This document shows, piece after piece, positions 44,410 through 54,773 of a stretch of DNA of 64,000 nucleotides. A program made the position numbers and the translations under genes. This stretch comes from an uncultured Gemmatimonadaceae bacterium (GTDB lineage Bacteria; Gemmatimonadota; Gemmatimonadetes; Gemmatimonadales; Gemmatimonadaceae). The DNA lies in contig CAVUDW010000003.1 in NCBI GenBank assembly GCA_963740355.1, positions 1,440,001 to 1,504,000 of the forward strand, read 5' to 3'. The notes under the pieces were generated by a model. That model ran no database searches. It saw only the letters and a list, made by a program, of their open reading frames with translations, and was not told where the DNA came from. How positions within the stretch are numbered: position 1 is the stretch's first letter; every line of letters begins with the position of its first letter.

Positions 44410-45600
44410 CTACTGCACCGTATTCATCATGTCGAAGATCGGCAAATACATCGCCACCACCATACCACCCACCACCACACCCAGGAACACGATCATCAAC
44501 GGCTCCAACAGCGACAGCAACCCGCCCACCGCCGTATCCACTTCTTCATCATAAAAGTCCGCGATCTTCGACAACATCTCGTCCAGACCACCAGTCTGCT
44601 CACCCACCGAGATCATCGAAATCACCATCGGCGGAAACACCCCCGACTTCTGCAACGGACCGGCGATCGTCTCACCACCAGCGATCGATGCCCGGCTCGC
44701 CATGATCGCGTTCTGGATCACCCGGTTGCCCGACGTCCGCGCCGTGATCTCGAGCCCGTCGAGAATCGAGACACCCGACGAAATCAGCGTCCCAAGAGTA
44801 CGGGTAAACCGACTGACCGCCGACTTCCGCAACACGTCACCCAGCACCGGCACCTTCAGCAAGAACCCGTCGATCCGCAGGCGACCATCATCAGTGGCGT
44901 AATAGCGATTGATCAGCACGAACGCACCGAACCCGCCGCCGATCAGCGCCCACCAGTACCCCTGCAGGAACTTGGAGCAGCCGATCACGATACGAGTCGG
45001 CAACGGCAACGCCAGGCCCACACCCGCGAACATCTTCTCGAACGTCGGAATCACGAAGATCAGCAGGATCGCGATCGCGGCCGCAGCCACCGTCATGATC
45101 GTGATCGGGTAAATCATCGCGCTCTTCACCTTGCGCACCAACGCATCGGTCTTTTCGATGAACGTCGCGAGGCGCATCAGGATCGTGTCCAGGATACCAC
45201 CGGCCTCGCCGGCGGCCACCATGTTCACGTACAACTCGTTGAACGCCTTCGGACGCTTGCGCAGCGCGTCGGCCACGGTCTGGCCGCTCTCGACGTCGAA
45301 CACGACTTCCTTCGTCACGGCCTGCAGCGCCTTGTTCTCGCTCTGTTTCGACAGGATGTCCAACGCCTGCACCAGTGGCAGGCCGGCGTTGATCATGGTC
45401 GAGAACTGGCGCGTGAACACCACGATGTCGCGCATGCCGATGCTGCCGAGGCTCTTCGCAGGCTTCTCGGCATCCACCTTGACCACGCTCATCCGCTGCT
45501 TGCGCAGCATCGTGATCACTTCGTCGCGATTGCTCGCCTCGACGGACGCGGTCTTGAGCTCGCCGCCGACAGTACGGGCGGTGTACGTGAATACTGCCAT
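44410..45600 (-). CDS. pilC: Type IV pilus inner-membrane platform protein (T2SS F family)
   Basis: FTRQFSTMINAGLPL, AGEAGGILD, VKSAMIYP, GEQTGGLDEML, AMYLPIF. Confidence 0.95.
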   Translation of the reverse strand: MAVFTYTARTVGGELKTASVEASNRDEVITMLRKQRMSVVKVDAEKPAKSLGSIGMRDIVVFTRQFSTMINAGLPLVQALDILSKQSENKALQAVTKEVVFDVESGQTVADALRKRPKAFNELYVNMVAAGEAGGILDTILMRLATFIEKTDALVRKVKSAMIYPITIMTVAAAAIAILLIFVIPTFEKMFAGVGLALPLPTRIVIGCSKFLQGYWWALIGGGFGAFVLINRYYATDDGRLRIDGFLLKVPVLGDVLRKSAVSRFTRTLGTLISSGVSILDGLEITARTSGNRVIQNAIMASRASIAGGETIAGPLQKSGVFPPMVISMISVGEQTGGLDEMLSKIADFYDEEVDTAVGGLLSLLEPLMIVFLGVVVGGMVVAMYLPIFDMMNTVQ

Positions 45601-45742
45601 GACTATTCTGCTGAAGTGGAGGGATGCAGCGAAAGCAGGACCAAGGAATTCAGGGGTCTGGCAGGGCGAAAACCGAGGCGATACCGCGAGGGATCGCGAG
45701 GATTCTCAGCACCGCCAGGCGCCAGAAGGCCCGGCCATGCGA

Positions 45743-47047
45743 TCAGATTGACGACGACGCCATGTGCGCTGGAACTGGCTTGCCGATCATCCGGAGGAAC
45801 TCCACCGGATCACCACTCACACGCAGGCACTCGTCCTCCGAGACCTCGCGCGAGACGTACAACTGATACAGCGAGTCGTTCAACGTCTGCATGCCGTACT
45901 TCTTGCCGGCCTGCATCATGCTGTAGACCTGATGGATCTTGTCGTCACGGATCAGCGCACGAATGGCCGGCGTCACTACCAGCACCTCGCTCGCCATCAC
46001 ACGTCCCTTCCCGCTGATACGCGGCAACAACACCTGCGTCACGATGCCTTCCAGCGAGAAGGCGAGCTGCGCCCGCACCTGGCTCTGCTGATGGCTGGGG
46101 AAGACGTCGATGATACGGTTCACGGCTTCGGCTGCACTGTTGGTGTGCAACGTCGCAAAGGCAAGGTGACCGGTCTCGGCGATCGTGATCGCCGCACTGA
46201 TGGTCTCGAGGTCGCGCATTTCGCCCACCAGGATCACGTCCGGATCTTCACGCAACGCATACTTGAGGGCCGACGCGAAACTCCTCGTGTCGGTGCCCAC
46301 TTCGCGCTGGTTGACGATCGACTGCTGATGCTTGTGCACGAACTCGATCGGGTCTTCCACTGTCAGGATGTGCGCCTGACGCTCCTTGTTGATCTTGTCG
46401 ATCAGCGACGCCAGCGTGGTGCTCTTGCCTGAACCGGTCGGCCCGGTGACGAGCACCAGCCCGCGCGGCTTCTCGGCAAACTTCACGATCGCGGGCGGCA
46501 ACTTCAGGTCTTCACAGGTCGGGATGACCATCGGGATGCGACGCACGACCATCGCCACCTGGCCACGCTGCTTGAACAGGTTGCCGCGGAACCGGGCCAG
46601 CGACGCAATGCCGAACGAGAAGTCGAGTTCATCATCCAGCTCGAACCGCTTCTTCTGCCCTTCCGTCAACACGCTATAGGCGAGCTGCAACGTGTCCTTG
46701 CCGCTCAACACATGCGAGGTGCGCGCCGGGATGATGTGACCATCGATGCGCAGCATCGGACGCTCACCCACCGTGGCATGCAAGTCGGACGCATCGCGCT
46801 CGATCACTTCCTCGAGCAAGGCGCGCAAGTTCAGCGGCGCCTGCGCCGGCGGACCAGAGGGGCCGCCGTGCGATGCACCATGCGGCGCCCCGCCCGGAGC
46901 ACCAGCTGGCGCCTGGCCCTGCGGGCGCGGATACGCGAGCGGAGCACCAGCGGGAGCGACAGCGCCTGGTGCAGGCTGCTGCGCAATTCCGCTCATCGCG
47001 AGTGACGGCGTAAGCCGACGCGGAGGCAGAGGAGGGAGACTCGACAT
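45743..47047 (-). CDS. pilT: Type IV pilus retraction ATPase
   Basis: GPTGSGKST, EDPIE, LREDPD, HTNSA, PAIRALIRDDK (AIRNLIRE-like). Confidence 0.95.
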   Translation of the reverse strand: MSSLPPLPPRRLTPSLAMSGIAQQPAPGAVAPAGAPLAYPRPQGQAPAGAPGGAPHGASHGGPSGPPAQAPLNLRALLEEVIERDASDLHATVGERPMLRIDGHIIPARTSHVLSGKDTLQLAYSVLTEGQKKRFELDDELDFSFGIASLARFRGNLFKQRGQVAMVVRRIPMVIPTCEDLKLPPAIVKFAEKPRGLVLVTGPTGSGKSTTLASLIDKINKERQAHILTVEDPIEFVHKHQQSIVNQREVGTDTRSFASALKYALREDPDVILVGEMRDLETISAAITIAETGHLAFATLHTNSAAEAVNRIIDVFPSHQQSQVRAQLAFSLEGIVTQVLLPRISGKGRVMASEVLVVTPAIRALIRDDKIHQVYSMMQAGKKYGMQTLNDSLYQLYVSREVSEDECLRVSGDPVEFLRMIGKPVPAHMASSSI

Positions 47048-47120
47048 GGGTGGTGTCAGGTAGTCAGGAAGTCAGGACAACAGGAGCAATCGTGAGAGGA
47101 CTCTCAGGCGGTGCCGAGCG

Positions 47121-49043
47121 TCACGCCGCCGTTTCGCGCACGACCTGCTCCAGCGTCGTGATGCCGCGCAACACCTTCAGCCAGCCGTCCATGCGCAACG
47201 TGAGCATCCCCTCCGCCACCGCTGCGTCCTTCAACTCCGCCGCGCCGGCGTTCTGCAGGATCAGCTTCCGGATGGCCGGTGACATGCTCATCACCTCGTA
47301 CAAACCCTGGCGCCCCTTCATGCCAGTGCCATTACACGCGTCGCAGCCCTTGCCGCGGAAATACGGCAGCTTGCCGACCGCCGAATCGAGGGTCAGCCCC
47401 TCGAGGAACGGCAGCGCATCGGGCTGCGCGCCACGCTTCGCACCATCCAGCGCTTCCTGCGAGAACTGCATCTCTCGCAACGTGGTCGTGGACTTCACTT
47501 TCGCGGTCGAGAATTCGAGCTCGCTCGGCTCATACTTCTCGCGGCAGTTCTTGCAGATGCGACGCACCAGGCGCTGCGCCAGGATCAGGTTCAGCGCGCT
47601 CGACACGTTGAACGGCTCGAGCCCCATGTCCATCAGACGGGTGATCGTCTCCGGTGCACTGTTGGTGTGCAAGGTGCTGAGCACCATGTGACCCGTGAGT
47701 GCTGCCTTGATCGCGATCGAGCCTGTTTCGAGATCTCGGATTTCGCCGACCATGATGACGTTCGGATCCTGTCGCAGGAACGCCTTCAGCGCGGCCGCGA
47801 AGGTCATGCCGATTTCATTCCGCACCAACACCTGGTTGATGCCGAACAGGTTGTACTCGACCGGATCTTCCGCCGTCATGATGTTCGTGTCGCCGGTGTT
47901 GATCTTCGACAGGCACGAATAGAGCGTGGTCGTCTTGCCCGAGCCCGTCGGCCCCGTCACCAGCACCATGCCGTACGGATTCGACACCGCCTCCATCAGC
48001 TCCTTCTCGGCCCGCGGCTCGATGCCGAACTTCTCGAGGTCGAGCGTGAGGTTGCCCTTGTCGAGGATTCGAAGCACGATCTTCTCGCCGAACAGCGTCG
48101 GCAGCGTGCTGACACGGAAGTCGATCACCTTGCCGCCGAACTTGAGCTTGATGCGCCCGTCCTGCGGCACACGACGCTCGGCGATGTTCAGGCTGGCCAT
48201 GATCTTGAAGCGGCTGACGAGCGAGGCGCGCAACTTGATCGGCGGCTTCATCACTTCCTGCAACGCACCGTCCACGCGGTAACGCACGCGCAGCTCGTGC
48301 TCGAAGCACTCGAAATGGATGTCCGACGCGCCGCGCTGGACCGCTTCGATCAGGATCGCATTGATGAGGCGCACCACCGGCGCTTCGTCCATGCCGACCA
48401 GCGAAGCCGTTGCATTGTCCTCACTCTCAGTTTCCAGCACTTCCACGTCCGACATCTCGGACGTGATGTCGGCCAGCATCGAGTTGACCGTCTCTTCGGT
48501 CGTCGCCTTCGCCGGGTAGTACTTCTCCAGCTGCGTCTGCATCGACACTTCACCGGCCAACACCGGGAATATCTCGTACCGCGTGGTGAACCGGAGGGCG
48601 TCCGTCGCCTCATGGTTCCACGGGTCGGTCAGCGCCACCGTCAGCTTCTGTCCTTCGCGACGGAGCGGCATGATGCGGTACTTGTGCGCCAGCTCAGCCG
48701 GCACCGTCCGCAGCAGCTTCTCGTCCGGCTCGACCTTCATCAGGTCGACGGCCGGCATCGTGTGCGCCTTCGACAGCGACTTGAGCAGCGCCACTTCGTT
48801 CAGCACACCAGCGCGAATCGCGAACAGCGGCACCGAGCCGACGCCATGTGCGGCAGCCAGCTCCTTGGTCGCCTTCGCGATCTGCTCATGCGTCAGCAGG
48901 TTCTCGCGCAGCAGGTGTTGCGCGAGGGAATTGCCCCCGCCACCGCCAGGCGCGGCATTCGGCCGATAGCCGGTCGGCTTCGGCGCACCAGAGGTACCGG
49001 ACGGCGCTGGACGCGAGTCAGTTGTTGAACGGACGTCGGACAT
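47121..49043 (-). CDS. pilB: Type IV pilus assembly ATPase
   Basis: MshEN-like N-domain, ASDIH, PQDG, GPTGSGKT, LRQDP, CKNC/CDAC Zn motif. Confidence 0.95.
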   Translation of the reverse strand: MSDVRSTTDSRPAPSGTSGAPKPTGYRPNAAPGGGGGNSLAQHLLRENLLTHEQIAKATKELAAAHGVGSVPLFAIRAGVLNEVALLKSLSKAHTMPAVDLMKVEPDEKLLRTVPAELAHKYRIMPLRREGQKLTVALTDPWNHEATDALRFTTRYEIFPVLAGEVSMQTQLEKYYPAKATTEETVNSMLADITSEMSDVEVLETESEDNATASLVGMDEAPVVRLINAILIEAVQRGASDIHFECFEHELRVRYRVDGALQEVMKPPIKLRASLVSRFKIMASLNIAERRVPQDGRIKLKFGGKVIDFRVSTLPTLFGEKIVLRILDKGNLTLDLEKFGIEPRAEKELMEAVSNPYGMVLVTGPTGSGKTTTLYSCLSKINTGDTNIMTAEDPVEYNLFGINQVLVRNEIGMTFAAALKAFLRQDPNVIMVGEIRDLETGSIAIKAALTGHMVLSTLHTNSAPETITRLMDMGLEPFNVSSALNLILAQRLVRRICKNCREKYEPSELEFSTAKVKSTTTLREMQFSQEALDGAKRGAQPDALPFLEGLTLDSAVGKLPYFRGKGCDACNGTGMKGRQGLYEVMSMSPAIRKLILQNAGAAELKDAAVAEGMLTLRMDGWLKVLRGITTLEQVVRETAA

Positions 49044-49098
49044 GTGACGGGTGGGTCTGAAGTGTGCCCAGCACTTACGCGAGCGGGGTGGAGCTCGA

Positions 49099-49668
49099 TC
49101 AGCGCTGTACCGAGTGGGGACGCGGAGTGCCTGAGAACGTCACGAGCGCGCTCAGGGCCTGCGCCATCTTCGGCCCAATGCCCCGCACCCGCTGCAATTC
49201 CTCGAGCGATCCGAACGGCCCCTTCGCACTGCGATCGGCCACGATGCGGGCCGCCAGCGCCGGCCCGATGCGAGGCAAGCGCTCGAGCTCCGCCACGTCG
49301 GCGCGATCGAGATCCACGGGTCCGAGTCTCGGCAGCTGCTGCGCCCTTCCCTGACTGCTGCCAGACGCGCTGTCGGCCCCCGCGCCACGTCGTCGCCGAC
49401 TGCGCGCCGCCGGCACCCTCAGACTGTCACTCCCTCGCGACCGAGCTCGACCGGTCGCGGCTGGCCTCCGCCCGCGACTTGCCCCACCGCGCCGACTGGC
49501 GCGTTGCGCCGAATCCACCGCCAGGAGCTGTCGCGAGAGCTGCTCAGCCGTCGACGGGTCGCTTGCGCCACGATGACGCCACTGACGGATCATCTGGACG
49601 CCAGTACCGATTACAATGACCGCCAGTAGCCATTGCAGGGCACTTCGCTCGCCTTTCGTGAGTGACAT
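49099..49668 (-). CDS. comEA: ComEA-family HhH DNA-binding protein
   Basis: N-terminal TM; VDLDRAD..ELERLPRIGPALAARIV..GPF..LQRVRGIGP. Confidence 0.85.
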   Translation of the reverse strand: MSLTKGERSALQWLLAVIVIGTGVQMIRQWRHRGASDPSTAEQLSRQLLAVDSAQRASRRGGASRGRRPAATGRARSRGSDSLRVPAARSRRRRGAGADSASGSSQGRAQQLPRLGPVDLDRADVAELERLPRIGPALAARIVADRSAKGPFGSLEELQRVRGIGPKMAQALSALVTFSGTPRPHSVQR

Positions 49669-49791
49669 CCGCGACATCCGGGCTCCGGTCGTTGACCGGG
49701 CCATAGTGGGGCGAGCTGACGCTCAGCGCCCACCGTTTTCACGCGCGCAGGATGTTTTGCGCGCGCCTCTTTTCAGCCATGCCAGCCTGGG

Positions 49792-50760
49792 CTACGGCTG
49801 CTCCGCCCCACGGATCACTGCCACCGCCACGTTCCCCACGATCTGCATGCTCTCCAGGCTCACCTTGTCCTCGGTGTCCTCGAGTGTGTGGTGGAACGGG
49901 TAGTCGAGGTCGATCACATCGATCGCCTTGATCCCTGCCGCCTGCAGCGCGATATGGTCGTCCCGCACCGGGTACTTCGGACGCTGGATGAAGAAGTTCG
50001 CGTAGCCCATCGCCTCGGCCTGGCGCCAGACGCGGGCGACGACTTCGGGGGCGAAATCGAGTGAGTTCTGCTCCTGGAAGATCTGCAGGCTACGATCGCC
50101 GATCATGTCCCAGACGATGGCGAATTCCGGCTTGTAGCCCGGTGACGGCAGGTGGGCGGTGAAGTACTGCGAGCCGATGAACACGTCCACCTCGGGCGGG
50201 CCGAATTCGCCGTAGTCCTCGCCGTCCACGAACACCAGGTCGACGCCGATGCTCGTCGGTTTCGCTTTGAGGGCGTCGCCTATAGCGAGGAAAAGCGCGA
50301 TACCACTGGTGCCGTCGTTGGCCCCGATGATCGGCTTCAGCGTGTCAGCCGGTGGCGCCTGTTCGGCCTTCGGGCGGGTATCCCAGTGTGTGACGTAGAG
50401 GACGCGCTTGGTCGCGGCCGGATTCCACTGCGCGATGATGTTGCGCTGCGGCAGCGGCTTTCCCGCCTTGGTCGTGTGCGTCCAGGTCTGCTCGGTGACC
50501 GTGGCCCCACGTGCCCGCATCTCGGCCACGATCCAGTCACCCGTCGCCTTGTGCCCGGGCGAGCCCGGAACGCGTGTGCCGAACTGCAGCGCCGTGTGGA
50601 GATATTTCATGGACGCCGCGCCGTCGAAGGCCGCGGCCGCCCGGAGTGCCAGCGAGTCCGCCCCCAGCCCCGAGTTCTCAGGCGCCTTTTCGCCGGAACA
50701 GGCCATCAGCCCCGCGAGCGCCGCAGCAGGGACCAGCAGGACGACGCGTCGAAGCAGCAT
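49792..50760 (-). CDS. M28 family peptidase / glutaminyl-cyclase-like lipoprotein
   Basis: Lipobox, HWDTR, GANDGTSG, DGEDYG, DMIG, DDH, HHT. Confidence 0.88.
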   Translation of the reverse strand: MLLRRVVLLVPAAALAGLMACSGEKAPENSGLGADSLALRAAAAFDGAASMKYLHTALQFGTRVPGSPGHKATGDWIVAEMRARGATVTEQTWTHTTKAGKPLPQRNIIAQWNPAATKRVLYVTHWDTRPKAEQAPPADTLKPIIGANDGTSGIALFLAIGDALKAKPTSIGVDLVFVDGEDYGEFGPPEVDVFIGSQYFTAHLPSPGYKPEFAIVWDMIGDRSLQIFQEQNSLDFAPEVVARVWRQAEAMGYANFFIQRPKYPVRDDHIALQAAGIKAIDVIDLDYPFHHTLEDTEDKVSLESMQIVGNVAVAVIRGAEQP

Positions 50761-50997
50761 GTGAGCCAGAGACACTTGAGTGGGCGAGGAGATCCGGCGC
50801 GACGAAGGCCGCGTAGGTCCGGCGTACATTCCGACGTGCGGTCCGACGTGCATCACTTGCGACTCAGGCACCGTGCGCGGGCTCCAGCCATGGAACCCGA
50901 CACTTAACCCCGTGTCACAATTAGGCTTGAACCACGTGTCGAGCCGGTCGAATATACGGCTCGACGGTATTGTGCTGTACCTCCCTGTCCCTGTCTC

Positions 50998-52848
50998 GTG
51001 AAGATCCTCAGTCGCTACGTCCTCCGAGAGCATCTCGGGCCGCTCGCATTTGCGCTCACGGCACTGACGTCGCTCCTGTTGTTGAACTTCATCGCCAAGC
51101 GCTTCGGGGATCTCGTGGGCAAGGGATTGCCGGCGTCGGTCATCGCCGAGTTTTTTGGGTTGGCCCTGCCGTTCACCGTGGCGATGACGCTGCCGATGGC
51201 GGTGCTGGTGGCGGTGCTCTACGCCTTCAGCCGACTCGCCTCCGAAAGCGAGATCACGGCGCTCAAGGCGAGCGGCGTCTCGATGAACAAGATCATGGCC
51301 CCCGTGCTTGCCGGTGCCACGGTGCTCGCACTCGGCATGGTGTACTTCAACGACTACATCCTGCCGGAAGCGAACCACCGGTTGCGGATCCTGCAGACCG
51401 ACATCGGTCGCACCAAGCCGACCTTCGCCCTGCGCGAGCAGGTCATCAACGACGTCGTGCCGGGCCGCCTCTTCCTGCGCGCCGCGCGTATCGACAAGGC
51501 CAACAACCGGCTGCACGAGGTCGTGATCTACGACTTCGGCGATGGCAGCAAGCGTCGCACGATCGTGGCTGACAGCGGCGACCTCGCGCTGGTCGAGGGC
51601 ACCGGCGACATGACGCTGGTGCTCTACCACGGCACCATGACCGAGATCCCGGCCGCCACGCCGACGCAGTTGTCACGGCTGTCTTACATCAAGGATCGCA
51701 TCACCGTGCGCGGCGTCGCCAACAGCTTCTCGCGCGACAGTGCGGACAGTTACAAGTCCGAACGCGAGATGGGTGTGTGCGAGATGCAGCAGCAGGTGTA
51801 TGGCGCCGAGAAGGACTTGTATCGCGAGCGACGCCAGGCGGCGATGCTGCAGCAGCGGGCGTTGAAGGCGTTGACGCGTGGCATCGTCGATCCGCTGACA
51901 CCGATCGACACGCTGAAGAGTGCATCACCCGGCATCGGTCGCTACTACTGCACGGCCACCACCGCCCTGGCGTCGTTCTTCAAGCGTGGTGACAGCACGA
52001 CCAACGATCGCGGCAAGCCGACCAACGCCCCCGTCACCGCCAGCCCGACCATTGCACCGATCGTCACCGGTGCCGACAAGGCGACCACCACGGTGCAGGC
52101 CGGCGTGAATGGCGCTGCGACAGCAGGAACGCCCGCTGCCGGGGACGGCTCGAAGCTGAATACGCCGACGAACATTCCCGCGGTCGCGAACGGTGTCGCC
52201 GCAGGCAGTGTGAAGGCGCCGCCCCAGCCGGGATCACCGGCTGCCGTGGCAGCGCAGCCCTCGGTGGCGCCTGGTGCAACGCCGACCGTGCCTTCACCAA
52301 CGCTCGCACCATCCAGTGGCGCTGTCGTCACGCCGGAGCCGCAGTCGTTGCTGCCCGCTGCGACCGTCACGCCATCGATGGCATCGAGCGGCATCGGCTC
52401 AATCATCGAGCAGACCGCGCAACGTGCATCGATCGCCCGTTCCACCTGGTCGCAATACGAAGTCGAAATCCACAAGAAGTTTTCGCTTGCGGTGGCCTGC
52501 ATCGTGTTCGTGTTGCTGGGCGCACCGATCGCGCTGCGATTCCCGCGCGGTGGTGTGGGCCTCGTGATCGGCGCCAGCCTGGGCGTGTTTGCGTTGTACT
52601 ACGTCTGCCTGATCGCCGGCGAATCGATGGCTGACGACGGGGTGTTGCCGCCATGGGTGGCGATGTGGGCGGCCAACCTCGTCTTCACCTTCGTCGGCCT
52701 GATTCTCTTTGCCCGCATGGGTCGCGAGAGCAGCACGGCGCGCGGCGGTGATTGGGATGAAGTGAAGGACCGGATCAAGGCCTGGGTGGCCGGACTCCTT
52801 CCATCGGCGCGCCGTCAGCGCGCGTCGATGCCAGCCACCGACGCCTGA
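50998..52848 (+). CDS. lptF: LptF-family LPS export permease with a long Ala/Pro/Thr-rich insertion
   Basis: MKILSRYVLRE, LPMAVL, ESEITALKASGVS, EIHKKFSLA. Confidence 0.88.
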   Translation: MKILSRYVLREHLGPLAFALTALTSLLLLNFIAKRFGDLVGKGLPASVIAEFFGLALPFTVAMTLPMAVLVAVLYAFSRLASESEITALKASGVSMNKIMAPVLAGATVLALGMVYFNDYILPEANHRLRILQTDIGRTKPTFALREQVINDVVPGRLFLRAARIDKANNRLHEVVIYDFGDGSKRRTIVADSGDLALVEGTGDMTLVLYHGTMTEIPAATPTQLSRLSYIKDRITVRGVANSFSRDSADSYKSEREMGVCEMQQQVYGAEKDLYRERRQAAMLQQRALKALTRGIVDPLTPIDTLKSASPGIGRYYCTATTALASFFKRGDSTTNDRGKPTNAPVTASPTIAPIVTGADKATTTVQAGVNGAATAGTPAAGDGSKLNTPTNIPAVANGVAAGSVKAPPQPGSPAAVAAQPSVAPGATPTVPSPTLAPSSGAVVTPEPQSLLPAATVTPSMASSGIGSIIEQTAQRASIARSTWSQYEVEIHKKFSLAVACIVFVLLGAPIALRFPRGGVGLVIGASLGVFALYYVCLIAGESMADDGVLPPWVAMWAANLVFTFVGLILFARMGRESSTARGGDWDEVKDRIKAWVAGLLPSARRQRASMPATDA

Positions 52849-52851
52849 GAC

Positions 52852-53925
52852 ATGCGCGCACTCGACCGGTACGTCCTCAAGGAATGGTTGCGGATTTTTC
52901 TCATCACGGCATTCGGGTTCCCCGTCCTGATCGTGATCGTCGACCTCACGGAAAAACTCGACACGTACCTGCAGCGCCAGATTCCCGCGCGCGACATCGC
53001 CGTCAGCTACCTCTATGGCGTGCCGGAAACGATGTTCCAGGTGCTGCCGGCAGCGGTGTTGTTCGCGACGGTGTTCACCGTTAGTTCGTTCACGCGTTAT
53101 TCCGAGATCACCGCAGCCAAGGCCAGTGGCATCTCGTTCCATCGTTTCATCCGGCCACTGACGCTCGGTGCCGTGTTCGCGATGTGCATCGGGTTCTCGC
53201 TCAACGTGATCATCCCGCCGCTCAACCAGAAGAAGCTGAACCTGCTGCAGGAGCAGAAGTTCAAGGACACTGGCGAGCGCTACAACTTTGCCTTCGCCAC
53301 TGGTGAAGGGCGCACGTACAAGGTTGGGGCACTGCACGCGTCGCGAAACATGATCGAGAACGTCGAGGTGGAGCGACTCGGCACCGGTCCCACGCTGCCC
53401 ACCACGTACAGCATCGCGGAGCAGGCGTTCTATCGCCGCAATGCATACTGGATGCTCGTGCGCGGCCATTTGCATGTTGTACCGAACGCCACCGTGGACG
53501 TCGTATTTTCCTACGATTCCCTGCTGGATCGGGCCTTCGTGGAGCGGCCACTGGAGCTGAATGCCGCCACCAAAGCGCCGGCCGACATGGGCTGGCGCGA
53601 ACTGGGTCGCTACATTCGAGCATTGCAGCGCTCCGGATCGGACGTGAACCCGCTGAAGGTCGAGCGGATGCTCAAGCTCGCGATCCCGGTCACCTGCGTG
53701 ATCATCCTGCTGTTCGCGGCCCCGCTCGCCACAAGTACGCAGCGGGGCGGCGCCGCCTGGGGTATCGGCGTCAGCCTCCTGACCACCGTGGTCTTCCTCG
53801 TCCTTGTGAATCTGATGCGCGGCTTCGGCGGCAAAGGCATTATTTCGCCCGATTTGGCAGCATGGGTCCCCAGCCTGATTTTTGGCGTGGTGGGCGCGGT
53901 GCTGCTCTTCCGGGTGCGCACATGA
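52852..53925 (+). CDS. lptG: LptG-family LPS export permease
   Basis: MRALDRYV, YSEITAAKASGIS, KLAIP, AAWVP. Confidence 0.88.
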   Translation: MRALDRYVLKEWLRIFLITAFGFPVLIVIVDLTEKLDTYLQRQIPARDIAVSYLYGVPETMFQVLPAAVLFATVFTVSSFTRYSEITAAKASGISFHRFIRPLTLGAVFAMCIGFSLNVIIPPLNQKKLNLLQEQKFKDTGERYNFAFATGEGRTYKVGALHASRNMIENVEVERLGTGPTLPTTYSIAEQAFYRRNAYWMLVRGHLHVVPNATVDVVFSYDSLLDRAFVERPLELNAATKAPADMGWRELGRYIRALQRSGSDVNPLKVERMLKLAIPVTCVIILLFAAPLATSTQRGGAAWGIGVSLLTTVVFLVLVNLMRGFGGKGIISPDLAAWVPSLIFGVVGAVLLFRVRT

Positions 53926-54773
53926 CCGGTGGTTCGTCGCACGTCCCGGCACCGACGAAGGTGGCCGACGTCGCAGTCGATATCCTCCCCGTCCGCATGG
54001 TCCGGGCACTCGGCCGTCTTGGTGTCGAGCAGTTGGCGCACACGGGCCGATTCGCGCAGTTCATGGGCGACATCGGCCGCGGGTTCAGGGAAGTCTCCAC
54101 CTGGGCGCCGGAAGTCGTGAAGCAGATGCGCGGCATCGGTGTCGACTCGTTGCCGCTGGTAGTGATCGTGGCCGGATTTCTTGGCGCTGTCTCTGCCTTC
54201 CAGACGCGCTACCAGCTCTTTCCTGGCGTGCAGCTGAGCGTCATCGGCCTCATCGTTCGTCAGTCGATCGTGCTCGAACTGGGACCACTGCTGACCGCGC
54301 TGGTGCTGGCCGGTCGTGTCGGTGCCAAGATGACGGCGGAAATCGGCACCATGCGCGTCACCGAGCAGATCGATGCGCTCGAAACGCTGGCCTTCGATCC
54401 GGTCGCGTTCCTCGCGGTGCCGCGTCTGATCGCCGCCCTGATCATGGTGCCGGTGCTGGTGCTGGTCGCGAACTTCATGGCGATTTTTGCAGCGTTCATC
54501 ACGCTCATCCTCGCCACTGACGTCACGCCGCTCGACTACAAGGCTGGCCTTCAGCTGGCGTTCATTCCATTCCAGATCTGGTACAGCGTGATCAAGTCCA
54601 TCGGCTTCGGTGCCGCGATCGCGCTCGTGTGCTCGTACGAAGGCTATGTGAGCGGGGCTGGCGCCGAAGGCGTCGGTCGCTCCACGGCAAAGGCGGTCGT
54701 GATCACGTCCGTCGTCATTCTCGTCTACGATGCCATCATCGCGGCGCTCCTCGCACCATTCATTCAGGCATGA
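53922..54773 (+). CDS. mlaE: MlaE-family ABC permease
   Basis: ELGPLLTALVLAGRVGA..AEIGTMRVTEQIDALE, GAEGVGRSTAKAVV. Confidence 0.92.
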   Translation: MTGGSSHVPAPTKVADVAVDILPVRMVRALGRLGVEQLAHTGRFAQFMGDIGRGFREVSTWAPEVVKQMRGIGVDSLPLVVIVAGFLGAVSAFQTRYQLFPGVQLSVIGLIVRQSIVLELGPLLTALVLAGRVGAKMTAEIGTMRVTEQIDALETLAFDPVAFLAVPRLIAALIMVPVLVLVANFMAIFAAFITLILATDVTPLDYKAGLQLAFIPFQIWYSVIKSIGFGAAIALVCSYEGYVSGAGAEGVGRSTAKAVVITSVVILVYDAIIAALLAPFIQA

